Of a stretch of DNA of 64,000 nucleotides, positions 62,003 to 64,000 are shown one piece after another. Under the pieces are notes generated by a model. That model was not told the origin of the DNA. It did not search any database and saw nothing but the letters and a program-made list of their open reading frames with translations. A program made the translations under genes and the position numbers. Numbering within the stretch: position 1 is the first letter of the stretch; each line of letters starts with the position of its first letter. This stretch comes from Antedon mediterranea (Eukaryota; Animalia; Echinodermata), in contig NC_092679.1 of the NCBI RefSeq assembly GCF_964355755.1, positions 18,583,432-18,647,431 of the forward strand. The letters are read 5' to 3'.

Positions 62003-63082
62003 TTATTTAATAATTTCAGTCGCGTTGTAATAGTAGGTTTCCACATGCTGTGAAGCAACTGTAATATTGTAAAATTGGACTTCATCAATCAAGCCATAAA
62101 AATAACGCCTGTTGCTGCCATGTGCTGTTCCAATAACGACTGGGTTAGAATTGATCGGTATAGGACCAGAGCAACAATCAGACTGACCAGATTGTATCTC
62201 TGCATTGACATAAAACGCTAGGCAACTTCCATTGTAGGTTAAAACCAAATGTCGCCACACTCCAAATTGAGTCACAGGAACATATTCGAATCTAGAAATA
62301 GATCGGAATAAAGTAAAAAGTGATACAAATAAATTATTAGGACCAAGTTTGAATTCAAATTCACCATCGTCCCGGAAACCATTATTCAAAATAAACTGTT
62401 GGTTATCACCTCCTTCCAAACCTTTATACCACAAACTAACTGTAAATTCTGATCCAAAATCAAAATGACTAAACTCGTCAACAACAACTCTTTGAGAGCC
62501 AGTGAAGTTGGCGGCTAATCCACTTACACCAGTTGTGTATGTTAAGTCTGTACCATTAGATCTTCCATGGCGTTCATTGCCAGATGTATCTTTGACGTCA
62601 CACTCAAACGCGTAATAAGCAAGTAAATACTGGTTCTCTCCAACCAAGAGATTGTCATAGTTGCCACTTTGCGTACTGGACTCAGTTTTCAGACAATTAG
62701 TTGACAATTCAGATTCCATTATATGATCTTCACCTGATACATCATCATCCATCTCGAATTGAGTACTAGACTCATTTTCCAGTCCATTAGTTGAGGATTC
62801 CATACTTTGAAATTCTTCATCTGACGTCATGACACTATTTTGTTGATTTTCATTAAATTGGTGATGAGCAACCAGTTGATATTCGTTGCAAACATCATCC
62901 ACACTCTTTTTAAGAAACTTAAATTTAACACTGGAACATATAATGCACTTTGAAAGTAACACTACCTCCAACATACATTTCTCTCGATCAGCCAGTTTCA
63001 CTAATTTTTGGTCGCTTGTACATTTACCATTTACGGCAAATATTCCAAGAGCTACGATCAGCGTTAACGAACTGCAATACAT
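62003..63082 (-). CDS. Secreted LamG/ConA-like protein, type B, intact (359 aa)
   Basis: Signal peptide, Cys motif, two acidic linker units and a complete LamG-like domain ending FYGLIDEVQFYNITVASQHVETYYYN. Confidence 0.85.
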   Translation of the reverse strand: MYCSSLTLIVALGIFAVNGKCTSDQKLVKLADREKCMLEVVLLSKCIICSSVKFKFLKKSVDDVCNEYQLVAHHQFNENQQNSVMTSDEEFQSMESSTNGLENESSTQFEMDDDVSGEDHIMESELSTNCLKTESSTQSGNYDNLLVGENQYLLAYYAFECDVKDTSGNERHGRSNGTDLTYTTGVSGLAANFTGSQRVVVDEFSHFDFGSEFTVSLWYKGLEGGDNQQFILNNGFRDDGEFEFKLGPNNLFVSLFTLFRSISRFEYVPVTQFGVWRHLVLTYNGSCLAFYVNAEIQSGQSDCCSGPIPINSNPVVIGTAHGSNRRYFYGLIDEVQFYNITVASQHVETYYYNATEIIK

Positions 63083-64000
63083 AATCTAATGAAACAAAGA
63101 ATAAATGCCGCATACGTGGTAGTTTTCAGTGAATATGAATTTTGTAAAAATAAACTTGTAAATTAATAATAATGAACAAAACTAAGTTCTGCATTGACAA
63201 AATGTTTATAAAAAAAAAAAAAAATCAACGAAGATTTACATATACAAATATACGAGATTTAAAATAATTAATAGTTGAGAGGCTATCCACATTGAAATGT
63301 CTAAATATAAACAAAAGTAATGAAGAACTGTGCGTTTAAACCAAGGACTAACTAGAAAATCTAACAAATGCTTTATAAATATTAGCGATTTATGAAGTTC
63401 AGATAAACAGATAAATTACCAAATTTATGAAAATACGATAACTTGTCGAGGCCTACAGTAGGCCTACTTTAAATTAAACCTTAACCAACGTTGTCAATAG
63501 GTAAACTAACAAGTACATGTCTGTTTTACTTTGTTGAAAGAATTATGGAACTAACTTACAAATGTGTAGTTTGATACCAAACCGACGCATTACATGAGCA
63601 CTACTGGATACTCTATCTTTAGTATTGATTACTTTCGTAGGTAATAACTGGTTTTGTTTCCTCAATGAGTATACTGATATACGTTTACATGAAAAAATGA
63701 CAAACACACAAAAAGATTATTAACCTCTATTGTGTCAAAATGAAAAAATATCGAGCTTTAATTGGTTACAGGCAATGACAATGCTATCTTATTCGTGTTT
63801 AATTAAACCTCAATGAGTGTCAGGTTTTGGATGCATCGACAATCAATCCGCCCAAACGTCCTCTAGAGGAAAACACTGCTAATCGACAAGGGTGTGGGCC
63901 GGTGGTGGACAATGTGGTTAGAAGTATATGTGATTGCCGGAGTTTTTCTTGGGAATGGTGTAACATGATAAATGTCCATTATTTAACATTTTGATATTTA

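Overview
AT-rich animal nuclear DNA with spliceosomal introns. It is probably an invertebrate deuterostome, given CatSper and a DeuSINE-like element, but the species cannot be fixed from sequence. The left 27 kb holds three conserved spliced genes: the 3' part of golgin-84 (GOLGA5, +), alpha-SNAP (NAPA, -) and a CatSper1-like sperm Ca2+ channel subunit (+) lying head-to-head with NAPA. NAPA carries two tandem homologous 117-nt versions of exon 3 that look mutually exclusive. CatSper carries a U12-type intron. The right 37 kb is a same-strand tandem array of about 11 copies (5 intact, 6 broken) of a secreted-protein family: signal peptide, small Cys motif, variable acidic Ser/Thr linker, LamG/ConA-like jellyroll. 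The array shows gene conversion, birth-and-death turnover and a patch of purely nonsynonymous change. It is interleaved with MITEs, nested DNA transposons, LINE fragments, SINE-like elements, minisatellites and two minimal hammerhead ribozyme motifs. All coordinates and alignments were read by eye; no database searches were run.
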